The position numbers were made by a program, and so were the translations under genes. The notes beneath the pieces are model-generated. The model was not told where the DNA came from, did no database searches, and was given only the letters and a program-made list of their open reading frames with translations. 64,000 nucleotides of DNA from Octopus sinensis (lineage: Eukaryota), in the NCBI RefSeq assembly GCF_006345805.1, contig NC_043005.1, positions 82,832,001 to 82,896,000 of the forward strand, in the 5' to 3' direction. Below, piece by piece: positions 12,711 to 25,380 of the stretch; position 1 is the stretch's first letter, and each line of letters begins with the position of its first letter.

Positions 12711-14164
12711 GTAATGCTCTAATTTAAAATATTCTATATATATTAACCGACTAGAGTCAGTGTGTTTCAGCGTCGCAAGCTCTCACACTCGCAACTCCGC
12801 AGGAACTCTCATATCGCGTCGTCGAATGAGGGCTAAGTAAAACACATGCGTCTTGCTTTGGTAAATAACTTGAGCATATTTTGTGCAGAGTCTGTCTCAT
12901 GATCTCGTTCTTCAAACTTGAACTGTTCAAGATTTTAGCTGCTCCTATAACCGATGGTAACTCCATAAAAATTCGACATCCTCATACCAGTCTCACACGC
13001 ATTCCTACCTACACGTACATATACTAAGTTTCAAAATATGATTTTATTTCTTTTCTGTAAGGACTAAGTTGAAATTTGGAAACAAAAACACATTTCAGTA
13101 GAGTCAAACCTCAAGATTACTTTAAAATATTACTCTGAATGTTTATAATGTAAAAATCTTAAGAATAATTGTTATTAATTTCTTTTTAATCGAATGAGAA
13201 TAAAATTATGGAATTGATTGATAACGTCATTAAGGACAAGTAGTTTATTTTAATTAAATAATGAGACCAGAGACCAATCCAAATAAATGGATCGCAATTA
13301 AAATAGAGATTATATATAAATACGAATAACTTTTACTTAGATGACAATACAATAGGACTAAAGTACTCTGCAAGATGGTAATTCGTATCATGCTTTGCCT
13401 TTAGTTACGGAAATTTCAAACAATGAAAGCATTATGTTACATTGATATTTCGCTATTCAAATACCGATGCAATAAAAGTAAATTAGATAGAAATTCGTGA
13501 TTGCGATAAAATTGAGAAAATATACTGGAAAATGATAACTTACATATCATATAAGATATATAGTATCTCACGGGAAGACTGGTTTTCATTTTAAATCATC
13601 ATAGTTGGTATAAGTCTTTTATGAACTGGTCAACAACTATTAAAGTCAATGTAATATATTTCCCTCTTTTCGACAAAATGAGGTTTTAAATGCTACACAT
13701 GAGTATTTTGTGTATCTCATTCATTACTTTCCCTATTTCACATTATCTTACCCTTTTCTTAATAAATTAGATCCAATTACACACACATACCGAGGATCAG
13801 AGTTTAAATACCCAGAAGCCGAAACCTAGTTTGTGGATATCCCTAATTGCATAATATTTTTATTTGTGCTGTTAAACGTTTTAATCCTTTCTGTTTTCCT
13901 CGCATACTGTTTTTCTCTGTTATCTTGGTGCGGTAAGGTGGATGAATTTAAGACTTTGGCTCTTATTTCTAGCAGGTGGATGCTTGTTAAGCATCCTTAT
14001 GCTTCGTACAAATTTATAATTCATAGGTATTTAATGCTATTGCACCTGCCATCCACCTATGTCACTGCTGGTGATATCATCAATTTAAAAATTTATGCGC
14101 AGATGATATGAACAGTAGTGACATCTGACTTTAAATCTCAGTGTTTGAATGTTTTGCTAATATA

Positions 14165-14221
<57 letters not shown>

Positions 14222-14864
14222 TATGTATGTATTATATATACATACATATAAATTCCCGGTTCGTTACTCGAAACTACCATCTTGCGATTAAATAGTCCAT
14301 GCGCTTTCACAAACATACACACAGACACAGACACAGACACACACACACACACACACATACACACACACACACACACACACGCACACACACACATGCACAC
14401 ATAGACATATGAATATATAGGGAGAGACAGACAAATAGACAGCTAGACAAACAGATAGGTAGAAACTACGATATATTGTCCATCGATAAATGTACGAAGG
14501 TAGTTACGCCATAAGCTATGGTACTCCAGAAAGAACTGTCCAGATAAGGATATTACATGGCTACTTTTGATGTTGGTAATTGCGTACTCTGTATTTTGCT
14601 TTCATGAATCAGAAAACAACTTCATCTTATCTATACCAAGCGTACCTTGCATTCCCCTACACACTTTTTAGTAGAGTTTATATTAATGAACTCTTACTCG
14701 AGAAAGCTTGTCAGTGACATCGAAATTTCCTTGTAACGCTTTTCTTTGTAGTTACACACACACAAACACACATACACACATACTTACATACACTCACACA
14801 TACACACATATATGTATGTATATATATATGTGTGTGTATATATATATATATATATATGATTCAC

Positions 14865-16060
14865 TCGGCTGTTAACGAAGTGTTAAGCAATCTTAAAGGA
14901 AAACATCCTTTCAACCTTATGATAAAATAATTTATGAGGCCTAACAGATAGTTATTTTATTAGGTCTTGAGAAAAGGGTAGAAGACCTAACGAGAAATTA
15001 GACATTTATGACAATTAAATACCACAAAAGAAACTTTGCCTCAAAATATCGGTTGACTTACTCTACACAGTCGGAGAGAGGGCTGGTGAGTAAAATCCTG
15101 CAAAAAAAAAACAAAGACATTAGGAAAGCCTCTCGTATTTCCTGGTGTTATCTCAAAGTATAAACACAACGACTGTGTCAGAGCATTCTTTACAAAGTTT
15201 GATATTGGAGGAACAAGTTCTTCCATATATTTCGAGGAATTTCTTGTATAAGGTACCGGAATATTCTAAACATAGTCATAATTATGTACACCAGAAAATT
15301 CCTATTATTCAACAAGTTTTTGGCCTGGAGCAAACGGAATTTAGTGCAAAGTTCCTTCGATCTAATGATGGAGGCATTTTACAGTGCTGGCCCATACGAT
15401 ATTATAAGTATGTTTATTCTAAATACACTACACGCGGAATTCCCTCAACTATTTTCACCTATACAGAGACGATTCTTTGATATTATTGGAGCCCGATAAG
15501 CAGGCACACGCTCAGAAAGGACCGACTTCATGCTATCAATCATACTAAGTTCAAATTTACTATAGAAACTAATTCGAACACTGTTAATTTCCTAAGAGTG
15601 AAGTTATACTTAGACACATGTTCCTATACACATTTCTGGAAATCATGAGAAGCTGGTCTATATTAATCAGTTTACTACCATCAAGCGATAACTTTCAAGA
15701 ACCTAGTGAAGGCCATTTTCTTTATCAAGATCTTACTTTTATCTGATAGTCCGTAGATCTTTCTGTCACGACTGTAACAAAAAGGAGCTCCAAAATATCT
15801 TCCAATAAGATCTGTGACGTTGTGGCCCTTTACTATAACGAGACCCTGGCTTCTTGCGGTTTCTAGAATAGCATCAGTTATATGCACCACCCTATCCCCA
15901 TTAAGCAAAGGTATAATCATTAGTGCATATAGCTCGCACCCCCACTTTCTAATAATATTAACTGTTGGATAGGTAAGTCATTCCTTAGATTAGTAGATTA
16001 GCATTTTCCACATACATATGAGTATAAAAAATTTTGAATAGGCACATCGTAAACCCTCGA
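14865..16060 (+). mobile_element. Penelope-like element RT/thumb fragment, heavily decayed
   Basis: Broken frames give ..FFTKFDIG.. (cf. FIKFDI..FYPSI), ..YYNETLASCGF.. and ..PPLSNNI..IGKSFLRLVD*HFP...YKKF, typical of PLE RT and thumb regions. Confidence 0.7.
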
Positions 16061-16963
16061 GAACATCATACTTTTAATGGAGCAGATGGTCAAGGGATAC
16101 ACCGCGTTAGTCTCTGTTGAGTATCAGAGATTTTCTCAAAGAGGGACCGGAATACATCATCTGTATGCTTGGTTCTCCCTTTAATGGTCACTCCGTGGAT
16201 TATGACAGTGGCCCTGGCATCTAAATATGGCAGCCCAGGAGGTACACGCAATCTCTGGAAGTAGGGACCCTTCGTTTGATTTATATTGGTATTTTGGTGC
16301 TTGACTGAAGATGGTGGTTGGGAGTTAGTTAAAAGCATATTTTTGGAAAAATCGTAACTTTTAATTAAATAATACAATGGTACTGTAGATCGTTGAACAT
16401 CCTGTGACATTATCCAAACGATGCCAATGGCATTGCATGGTATTTCATATTCTATAATTTAGTAAACCGAACTTACTGAAAACAAAACAAAAAATATTAA
16501 ATCAGAAATTAAACAGTTTACAACGGTCTAGACATTTGGATCTGAAGTTTACACAGCATTAATAAATTAATTTATTTAATGAATGCGAAATCGAGACAAA
16601 CATACAGACGGACAGACACACAGAAGCTAAAGCAGCCGCTTCCGGATTCATTTGTTAATCGTTATACATAATTGAAAATAAACAAAATCAATTGGGGAAA
16701 AGAATAGCTGTTATCAAGATCATAATATTAAGATATGGATATAGGAAACGGAAAATATTTTTCATTTACTTAGATTTTTGAATTTGATTTAAAAATCTGA
16801 AATCTCTTGATTTTCTCCTGGATATTTCCTTTTGAATGTATGTGGATTTTAATAATGCCAAGCATTGTTCTCTTAAACGCATGTGTGCATCCGCATATAT
16901 AAATACAATTACGAACATAAAAGACTAGCAAACATAAGTTATGCATTAAGACAAATCGATCAA

Positions 16964-17228
<265 letters not shown>

Positions 17229-17758
17229 TAATTATACTATTTCCGATGCATCCACAACATAGTCTATAGATTTATATGCATGCTCGTTTCCTGGTAAAAA
17301 ATTTCTCAAGTCTTTCATTGAAATTATTCCCATTAACGTTCTTTGGTGCCATGATTTCTCTTTTGCACAACCAAGCAGCATCTGTGTAATTTGAATTTAT
17401 ACTTGGAAAAAAACGTTTTCAATAAGTTCCTTAACCGAGCTGACCAAGGTGCAGATTTTTTATGGATTCAAGTCACCTTCATTGTTCTATCCCACTGATT
17501 GTCATCTTCTAACGAATTTAAGGCTAAGCAGGTTTCTCCGTCAATACGAACATTTTGACCATCAGTCGTTCTTAGGAAGGAGAGGAAGACAGTCCTCTTA
17601 TTTCATGAAGCAGCCTCAAAAAGAAACATTCGTAGTGACTTCGATTAGCAGAGTAAACTCTTCCGATTTTCGAGTGAAATAATTTTATACTTGGATGATC
17701 CTTGCCAGCTCCTCTTTTTAGAGATAATTACAGTTACACACACACGCATACACACACG

Positions 17759-17802
<44 letters not shown>

Positions 17803-18224
17803 ACACACACACACACACACAACATACACACAACGACACACACACACACAACATACACACAACGATACACTTGTTATGATGTGTGTCGTTATATTAAACA
17901 TATGGCATACCTACACAAAAATATCCCACCGAATTTGTTTCTTCCTATGTTTAAGGTTAATGGGTATTTTCAAATGAAAATTTGTACAAATATGCTGAAG
18001 AGAGATAGGAAACTTACAGCTGACCTCATAAATTTTGATGTGGAATATGTGAAACAAAGGAAAAATGTTGGAGTGAAATCTATGTTACGGTTTCTATCCT
18101 GAAGGTACGAGAAGAATAAAACAAAAGTGATTTTCTACGGTTTCTATTGAGAAGGTAGGCAGAGAAAAAAAATAAAACTGATCTTCTACAGATATAAATA
18201 TAGAACGAATGTAAAATAATACTT

Positions 18225-18415
18225 ATTAAGTAATATGTCAGATGCAATTTACAGATGGACTGAGAACAATAATGTGAAGTCTAATGCTGGGAAATTCCAA
18301 ACCTTGCGCTAGCAGCATCCAAAACTGGACGAAAAACTTACAGGGTACACTGGCCCAGTGGGGATTACAATCCCAGAACCTAAATCAGCGCGTGACCTGG
18401 GTCTCAACTTGAGTG
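18225..18415 (+). mobile_element. CR1-like LINE RT C-terminal fragment
   Basis: ..DAIYRWTENNNVKSNAGKFQTL..GITIPEPKSARDLGLNL resembles the W...NNM.FN..KF..RDLGV motif. Confidence 0.6.
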
Positions 18416-18419
18416 TCGT

Positions 18420-19010
18420 ACTCAAACGTGAGTACGAGTTCAAGAGTGTTAGAGTATCTGCGTGTCAGTCAGTGATGTACATGCGAAATTAAAACAGTTG
18501 AAGAAGAAAGGCCAGAAATAGGAACGTCGGTTTATGCAGCGACGAATTCAGTTTGGGATAAGTGTGAGAGACAGGTGCTATAAACATTGAAGCTTGTGCT
18601 GCCGCTGACTTGGAAGAAAGTGTGATAGATGACTGTGAATTTGGTCGAATCTGTTCGGAGCAGTTAGTGAAAGGGGTTAGAGAGGGAGGCTTCGAAACAG
18701 AATAACTGGAAGATTTTGTCGTTCAAACCCATAGGCGAGTGTTAGAGACAGGGTAATGAATACCTGCTCAGAAACCACCTTTCAGAGCGAGATTGATTAA
18801 AATATGTTACCTGGACATTGGAGATGGATTAATTGATAAGAGTGAGACAAAGATATTTGTATTTCTAAGGGGAATAGGTTGTGTGATATGCCTCCCGGTA
18901 ACAGCTGGTCAGGCTAATGCTGAGGAGAAAGGAATATTCAGGGCTTTTACTATTAAATTTTGACATGTGCCGTGAGGTTACGATAAACCCCTGTCAAAAG
19001 CCTTGCACTA
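18420..19010 (-). mobile_element. Decayed LINE RT fragment (CR1/L2/Jockey group)
   Basis: Minus strand CKAFDR near 19005-18985, followed by broken RT-like sequence. Confidence 0.4.
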
Positions 19011-20064
19011 GAATTCTTACAAGTCGGCAAACCCCGATAAAGCTATTTACGATCGATGTGGAGGGATTAAAGAGGGCAACGTGATGTGCAAATCAAACAA
19101 ATTTGTTTTATATTTGTTTATTTTTTCTAGGTCTCTGATCACATGAAAATCTTACTGAAAGGGCAATAATCTAGACTGATAAATTAGCATTGGAAATAAA
19201 GTATAGGGAAACATATTTAGTTTGGGATCTAACAGTGAAAACAGTAAGACAAAAGGGAAACAGAAGGGTTTTTCCATTAAGTCTGCCTCAAATTACGTCT
19301 CGAAGTAGATCGGCTTCTACTATCGATCTCCGAACCCGTTCAGGCATCAAGTTTATTTCAGTCAATAGCGTACTCAGAAATACAGAGAAGGAATAAAGGC
19401 CATCAGATATATAAATCACACAAGAATCACAGAAAGATAAAACAGTGCACTTAGAAGCCAATAATTGATGGTGATTGAATCTTTTCCAGTCTGTTGAATA
19501 TATTTATATTAGATACGGTTTTGGATGTTTGTGAGTGGACCAACAAACAACATTCTATGCATGATCACCATTGTGCAGTGTATGTTTTACTTGAAATTTT
19601 TACAGAGTCAAAAGTTGTAAGCTGTAAGAGATATATTTGTCTTTTTCAGAGAGTTGGTAATTTCATTTATGTCAGATGGCCAAGACAGCCTACAAGAGAA
19701 TATGTAAGCAAGCATTTACAACATCAGTCGACGAGAAATTAAGAGGAATAAGCGTGTCTAACATCACGTAAATGTAGTGTGTTAATAAGTGAATATTTGC
19801 CAGTTAACGCATTATTTTGTTTGCTGGTTTTAAATGCGAAAATAATCGTTTGGAAATGGGAGATTTAGAAGTAGTTGCGTGGTTAAGTGTTTTTAACTCT
19901 TTGTTCTTCAAACATAGTAGATGTCGAGAAATGCAGCTTTTATTTATATTTTATTTCTTTGTGCGTGTGAATGTGTGTGTGTTTCATATATGTGCAGTGA
20001 CTGGAAATTAACGCTTTCGTAAAATATAGGTTATTTTGTCTTTAGAATATTGTCTGTCCCTTAA

Positions 20065-20285
20065 TCCATAAGAGAGAAAATCTAACATAGAGGGGCTCTA
20101 CATTTTTGATGGATGCTTCCTGGGGGAGCAAAGGTTGAGTAGAAAGGAGTAGTGGCATTCATTGTGCTTAAAAATATGAATACGCAGAGATACTTTTGGA
20201 CGAATGGACATTATTAGTAGTAAGGGTATGCAGTTGAGAATGAGAGTGATGTGTATCTCATAGTATACTATAAGAAACAAAGCGT
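20065..20285 (-). mobile_element. 3' end fragment of a LINE sharing the ccccTCTATGTT tail seen in SINE 8941-9168
   Basis: aacatagagggg at ~20084-20095 is the reverse complement of cccctctatgtt at 9130-9141. Confidence 0.4.
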
Positions 20286-20299
20286 GTAGGAATTATATA

Positions 20300-21350
20300 T
20301 ATATATGTGGAGTTAAACGGAGGTGGTATTCAAATTCTTTTACTTCCGTCACATGTTTCGAAGATAACACTGGTATTATTTCAAAGGAATAAAATGATGT
20401 AGAACAATGTAATCTTCTCTTCATGGAAATGGAGAAATGAAACTCGTCAATAAGATATTTTAACACAGAATATGATGGATATGTATAGTGATTAACTGAA
20501 CGCTTTTAAGTTTGTTTTAAAGAAACGTTAGAGGATATAACGTCAAAGGTAGCCTATAGAAAGAAGAAGGGTAAAGGAAAGAAAAAACAAACAAATGAAT
20601 GAGAAATATATAACGATATATAAATTTTTTAAAACCTTAGACTTGGAAAAAGATATATCTAGTGAATGTGAAATATAAAAAAAAAATAATGTTTAAATTA
20701 TATATAATGATAGATATTACTTATATGAACTAAAGGTGTGTTTCTGCCAATGTTTACATCGGTATGCACGCTCTATAACCGTGTTTAGAAGCGTATTTTT
20801 GGAGAAAATAATCTTTAAAATAGTTCAGAATTACAGAGAAGAGAGAATTATTTGCCTTTACCATAAGGTGTCGATATTGAGAGAATCAACCAATCCAAAT
20901 TAAGTTGTTTATTATGGTCTTTTAGATGCCTGAACTGTTATGTTTATTCCTATTCCTAAATGTAGAGTAATGATTAGAAATTCTTTTAGATTACTGAGAT
21001 GAGTTGCCTATATAAAAAAAAAATACTTCTTTACCAAAAGTAATTTTACACTGGTATATAGAATTTTTAATTTTAGAGTTATTTGACATAAACTTGATTC
21101 TGCTGAAATTTACTTCTGATGCAATAACCTTTGTTATTAATATTTCTAGGGGGATGGATGATATTAGCTAAATTAATGTTAGTATTAGTAAATGTATCCT
21201 TATTTAACAGGCAAATATTAAGTGAGGAGATAATTTGTAAGATAATTTTTTGTGTTGGAAAAACCAATCCTAACCGTGCGTGAGTTGATAATAGAGTGAA
21301 ACCTGGAATTCTTTGGAAAATTCCTAACAATAGCTTCACGAAACAGCATA
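20300..21350 (-). mobile_element. Penelope-like element 3' part (decayed endonuclease-side ORF plus pseudo-LTR with hammerhead relic)
   Basis: Minus strand reads ..RNFPKNSRFHSIINSRTVRIGFSNTKN.. and ..RCKHWQKH.. (PLE C-terminus), followed downstream by a hammerhead-like fold at 20344-20428. Confidence 0.65.
20344..20428 (-). ncRNA. Degenerate type I hammerhead ribozyme (probably inactive)
   Basis: Minus strand: UUCC aUGAAGA GAAGAU..AUCUUC GAAA CAUGUG aC GGAA. Stems I and II pair, but C3 and U16.1 are mutated. Confidence 0.6.
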
Positions 21351-21512
21351 TATTTATATATATTATACAAAATATTTAACGTAAACCCGGAGTTTCTACC
21401 TTTAAAAACAACGAGTTACACCCTTTTTACTTGTGCGATTTTTTTTACTACCCTGGTAGCTATTTATCTATTTTCCCGTGTTAATTGTTAACAATTGAAA
21501 CATGCACACATC

Positions 21513-21543
<31 letters not shown>

Positions 21544-22766
21544 TATATATATATATACGCACATTCAGACAATTATATGTGTGTGTGCATATATATGTGT
21601 AGGGTGCATAAAGACACTAGTTACAAATAGTTTCTTGCATTGGAGATGCGTGTCTAGGCAGGATATTATATCACGCGTCGTGTCTCCATGTAATTCCAGG
21701 CTCTGTGCAAATGTTCTATTCAATTTACGAATCAGTACTCTAGTTCAAGAGAAATCACGAGGTAAAACAAGAAGGTAAGTGCAAAAAGTGGAAGGGTATA
21801 TGAAACGGAAAAAGAAAACAACAGAAAATTAGAGTATGTCCCTTTTGAATTTGAGCTAGTTTTTGTAAGAGTAATTCAACGGAAAGAGGTCCAAAGTCTG
21901 CAAAACAGCTGTTGAATCCAGCAGACGTCCACTAGTTCTTGTCACCTTTCCTATGCCTGTCTCCAATGCAATAAAATATTTGTAGTTCGTGTATTGTAAA
22001 TGATATTTATCTCCCACTGGATGGATTACATTTTTCTTCAATTGCCTTAACGGAAGAGTAAACAATAAATATATTAGCTTTATCGGGGATAGTAAAGTGT
22101 TAAATATGGGATGATAGGTTTTACACTGAACCCAAATACGCAGCGCATTCCCTAGCCTACTCCTTCCCGGTGTTCATTTTGAAAACGCCACCATATGAAA
22201 ATTGCGGTTTATATGATAGTGTTCACCTTTATAGATGCAGTGCGACTGGGTATGAATTATACGCGGTCGAGTTTTGCGTTCGCCGAAGGAAAAAAAAAAG
22301 ATAAAGTAGAATTGTGCTGATGAGTTGTTTCATTCCCTCAGGGGTTTGTTTTAGATGAAATTTATAAACGTAGAACTAGTAGAGTTATCACTTATTTGTA
22401 ACTTCGATGTTCAAGAATATCTAGTGATATGTTGCCGTGTTTTATAATGGTATACAATGGATTTCTTTGATTAGATAGTTGTCAGGCTGGTCATGACAGA
22501 GAATGTGATATCTGATAAATATTTTATTTACAGATAAGAACACCGTTTCGAATGCTGGTGGATCAGTGAGTTATTTCACTGCAAACTATCCGAGTTATTC
22601 CGAACGCGTTTCTTTCTTCACATTTTGAAACTTGAGCAACGAATATCACGTGGGGTAAATCATTCGAGAGTGTTATAACGCCCACAAGAAAAAGGTATGA
22701 AATATTCCTTACTAAACAGATCCTGTCGAAGTAAATATCGTTCTATATATAGTAAGACCTCCGCTG

Positions 22767-22844
22767 TAAATTGAAAGCTTGATATATTGCTTATATATTA
22801 AGATTTGATTCCGACATTACAACCAAATGAACATACATTCTAAT

Positions 22845-22935
<91 letters not shown>

Positions 22936-23011
22936 AGATTGTATGTCCATTTGGTGGTAATGTCGGAATCAAGTCTTAATATATAAATCAATATACCAAG
23001 TTTTCAATTTA
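22767..23011. repeat. Long inverted repeat (~82-bp arms, ~90% complementary) around a central (TA)n; foldback/MITE-like
   Basis: 22767-22848 is the reverse complement of 22929-23011 (e.g. gattccgacattac / gtaatgtcggaatc). Confidence 0.9.
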
Positions 23012-23018
23012 TATATAT

Positions 23019-24073
23019 TGTTACGGGACCTCCGAACGAAAGCTGTTACGGAATCCCTCACACAGGTCCGATCGATCAGAATATGTTCGCCACGGAAACT
23101 CGGAGACGAGAGAGAGACAACAACTACAACAACAGCTGCAGGAAGAGACACAGAGGAAGGCAATTGACTTACATTTAACGTACTAGTTTATAACACTTTA
23201 TACATCAAATACATATCAGATACATCAAAGAGGAAATACATGCAAGTAACAACACATCAAATGCAATAACAACAGCATTTCAAGAAAACAACAAATCGAT
23301 ACATCATACAATGTTCGTAGACAAATAAGTTCAGATCAAATAGTGTTCAAATCAGATCAATTCAAAACAACGATACAGTCCAGAGTTCTTTTCAGTCTTT
23401 AAAGACTATATCAGAGTCTTTCTTTTTCTCTCTCTTTCTTCTTTCTCTTTTTTTCGTAACACGTATCAATACAATTCTTTTTACATAAATACCACAACTC
23501 TTTCCTTCATTTTCTTCACATATCAATACAACAATTAACACATACCGTTACATTGGCCAATGCCTCATATTGTAGTTCCTCTTCATGAGCTGCCTAATCC
23601 TCTGTATATCTCTCTCTGTCACAGCAGAACAAACCATTACTAACTCCTGTACAATCCCAAACGCCGACTGCTAAATCCAACTGCCAACTGCTTGCCTTGA
23701 ATTCCAAAATGCCGACTGTTCGCCCTGATTCCCAAATGCCGACTGTTCGCCCTAATTCCCAAATGCCGACTCTTCGCCCTGATTCCCAAATGCCGACTGT
23801 CTTGCCTTGTCTCTCTCTGCGCCTCCCTCTGCCGCAATCTCCCCCTCTCTTAGCTCTGTAATACTCTCTGCCTGTCTTCCTCTTTCACATTCTCTATCAT
23901 TCTCTCGCTTGTCAGCTCCTCAGATTCCTTAATCTGTCTTCCTCAGCCCCTCAACATTTCTCTCACTGTCTCTCACAAACTGAACTCTAATTAATCAACC
24001 CGCATCTGGCAGAACAATGGATTCATTGCCAAAAGTAGGTCGCAATCAACTGTCCTCAAGTTGAACCACAACA
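23019..24073. mobile_element. Solo LTR (Gypsy-like), ~1055 bp
   Basis: Starts TGTT and ends AACA, with ATAT on both flanks (4-bp TSD inside a TA tract), no ORF, and an internal 27-bp tandem repeat. Confidence 0.7.
23655..23800. repeat. 27-bp minisatellite (CCAAATGCCGACTGTTCGCCCTGATTC), ~4-5 units, inside the solo LTR
   Basis: Units visible at ~23704, 23732, 23759 and 23786. Confidence 0.9.
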
Positions 24074-24092
24074 ATATATACATATATATATA

Positions 24093-24255
24093 TTGCGGAC
24101 ATCCCCTTCAGTCACGAATGACCATGGGGTTGCACCTATAAGGTTACTCTCCGAGGCACAAGTACGGGCAAGATTGTTTATAGAAGACCATGCATACCAG
24201 CCTCCCCTCTTCACGCCACCGATGTTATCCAAGGGAAAGGCAAAGGCCGATACAC
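24093..24255. mobile_element. Short interspersed repeat fragment (SINE/LINE-UTR-like)
   Basis: GC-richer island between (TA)n and (CA)n; family not identified. Confidence 0.4.
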
Positions 24256-24256
24256 A

Positions 24257-24297
<41 letters not shown>

Positions 24298-24365
24298 AAT
24301 GTATATATATATATATTTAAAATATAAGTTTATGGAAGAATGGAGTTGAACGACAAATTTCCTTT

Positions 24366-24447
24366 ATTTTCGACATATGTTTCGAAGGCTGCATATTCCT
24401 AATTCCGAAGGAATAAGGAGTACATTATGCAGATTTCTCATCACGTA
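24366..24447 (-). ncRNA. Degenerate or truncated type I hammerhead in a PLE pseudo-LTR fragment
   Basis: Minus strand: gUGAUGA GAAauCUGCAUA..UAUGCAGccUUC GAAA CAUAUG UC. It has a long stem II and palindromic ACAUAUGU, but C3 and the 5' strand of stem I are lost. Confidence 0.6.
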
Positions 24448-24559
24448 GTCTATACCCTAGGGACGTAACTTCAACCGTTTTCTTTCTGATGTGAATTTTG
24501 CTACCCAGGTATCGGTTATCTTTCGAATTATCCTTAATAAGATAATTCATTCAACTACT

Positions 24560-24633
<74 letters not shown>

Positions 24634-24879
24634 TCCTTCCTATCTAACTCATGCTTGAAAGCATAGAAAAGAACTTTCAACTCGAAATATGAAGACTTAT
24701 TAAATATTTCTCGGCTAATATTTTAAGAACATTATTACTTTTGTTTTAAATGTTCTATTTGCTTTTCTACTGATTTCTATAACAGATTCCTTTCTTAAAT
24801 CTTCCTGTATTTCCTATCTGCATATAACTTTATACACGCGCATAAGCTGTCACACCTACACATCCTGACACGAATACAC

Positions 24880-24917
24880 ATTTGTCTATCTATATGTCTA
24901 TCTATCTATATATCTGT

Positions 24918-24965
<48 letters not shown>

Positions 24966-25307
24966 CATATATATGTATATATACATATATACATCTATAT
25001 ATCTTATCCATCTATATATCTTTCTCTTTATCTCTCCCTCACTCTGTATGTATGTGTGTGTATCTACGTGTATGTATATATATATATATATATATATAGT
25101 TATAAGCATGCTTTAAATACATATATATATGTGTGTGCCAATATATGCATATCAGATTGAATTTTTAAAGTCCCTAATCTTTGTGTAAGCACAGCCACCC
25201 ACACTCATATGGTCATGCATACATGAATATAATATGTATTAACCCACACATATATGGATATATACTTACATGTATATATATATATAGATGTGTATGTTTA
25301 TATATAT

Positions 25308-25354
<47 letters not shown>

Positions 25355-25380
25355 AATATATATGCATATATATATTTATA
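24880..25380. repeat. (TA)n-rich microsatellite region
   Basis: Directly visible. Confidence 0.9.

Noticed and set aside
12757-12980. Possible coding exon
   Set aside because: Stops in the plus frames, no recognisable motif and no convincing splice signals.
23655-23800. CRISPR-like repeat array
   Set aside because: The units are directly tandem with no unique spacers, in eukaryotic DNA with no cas genes.
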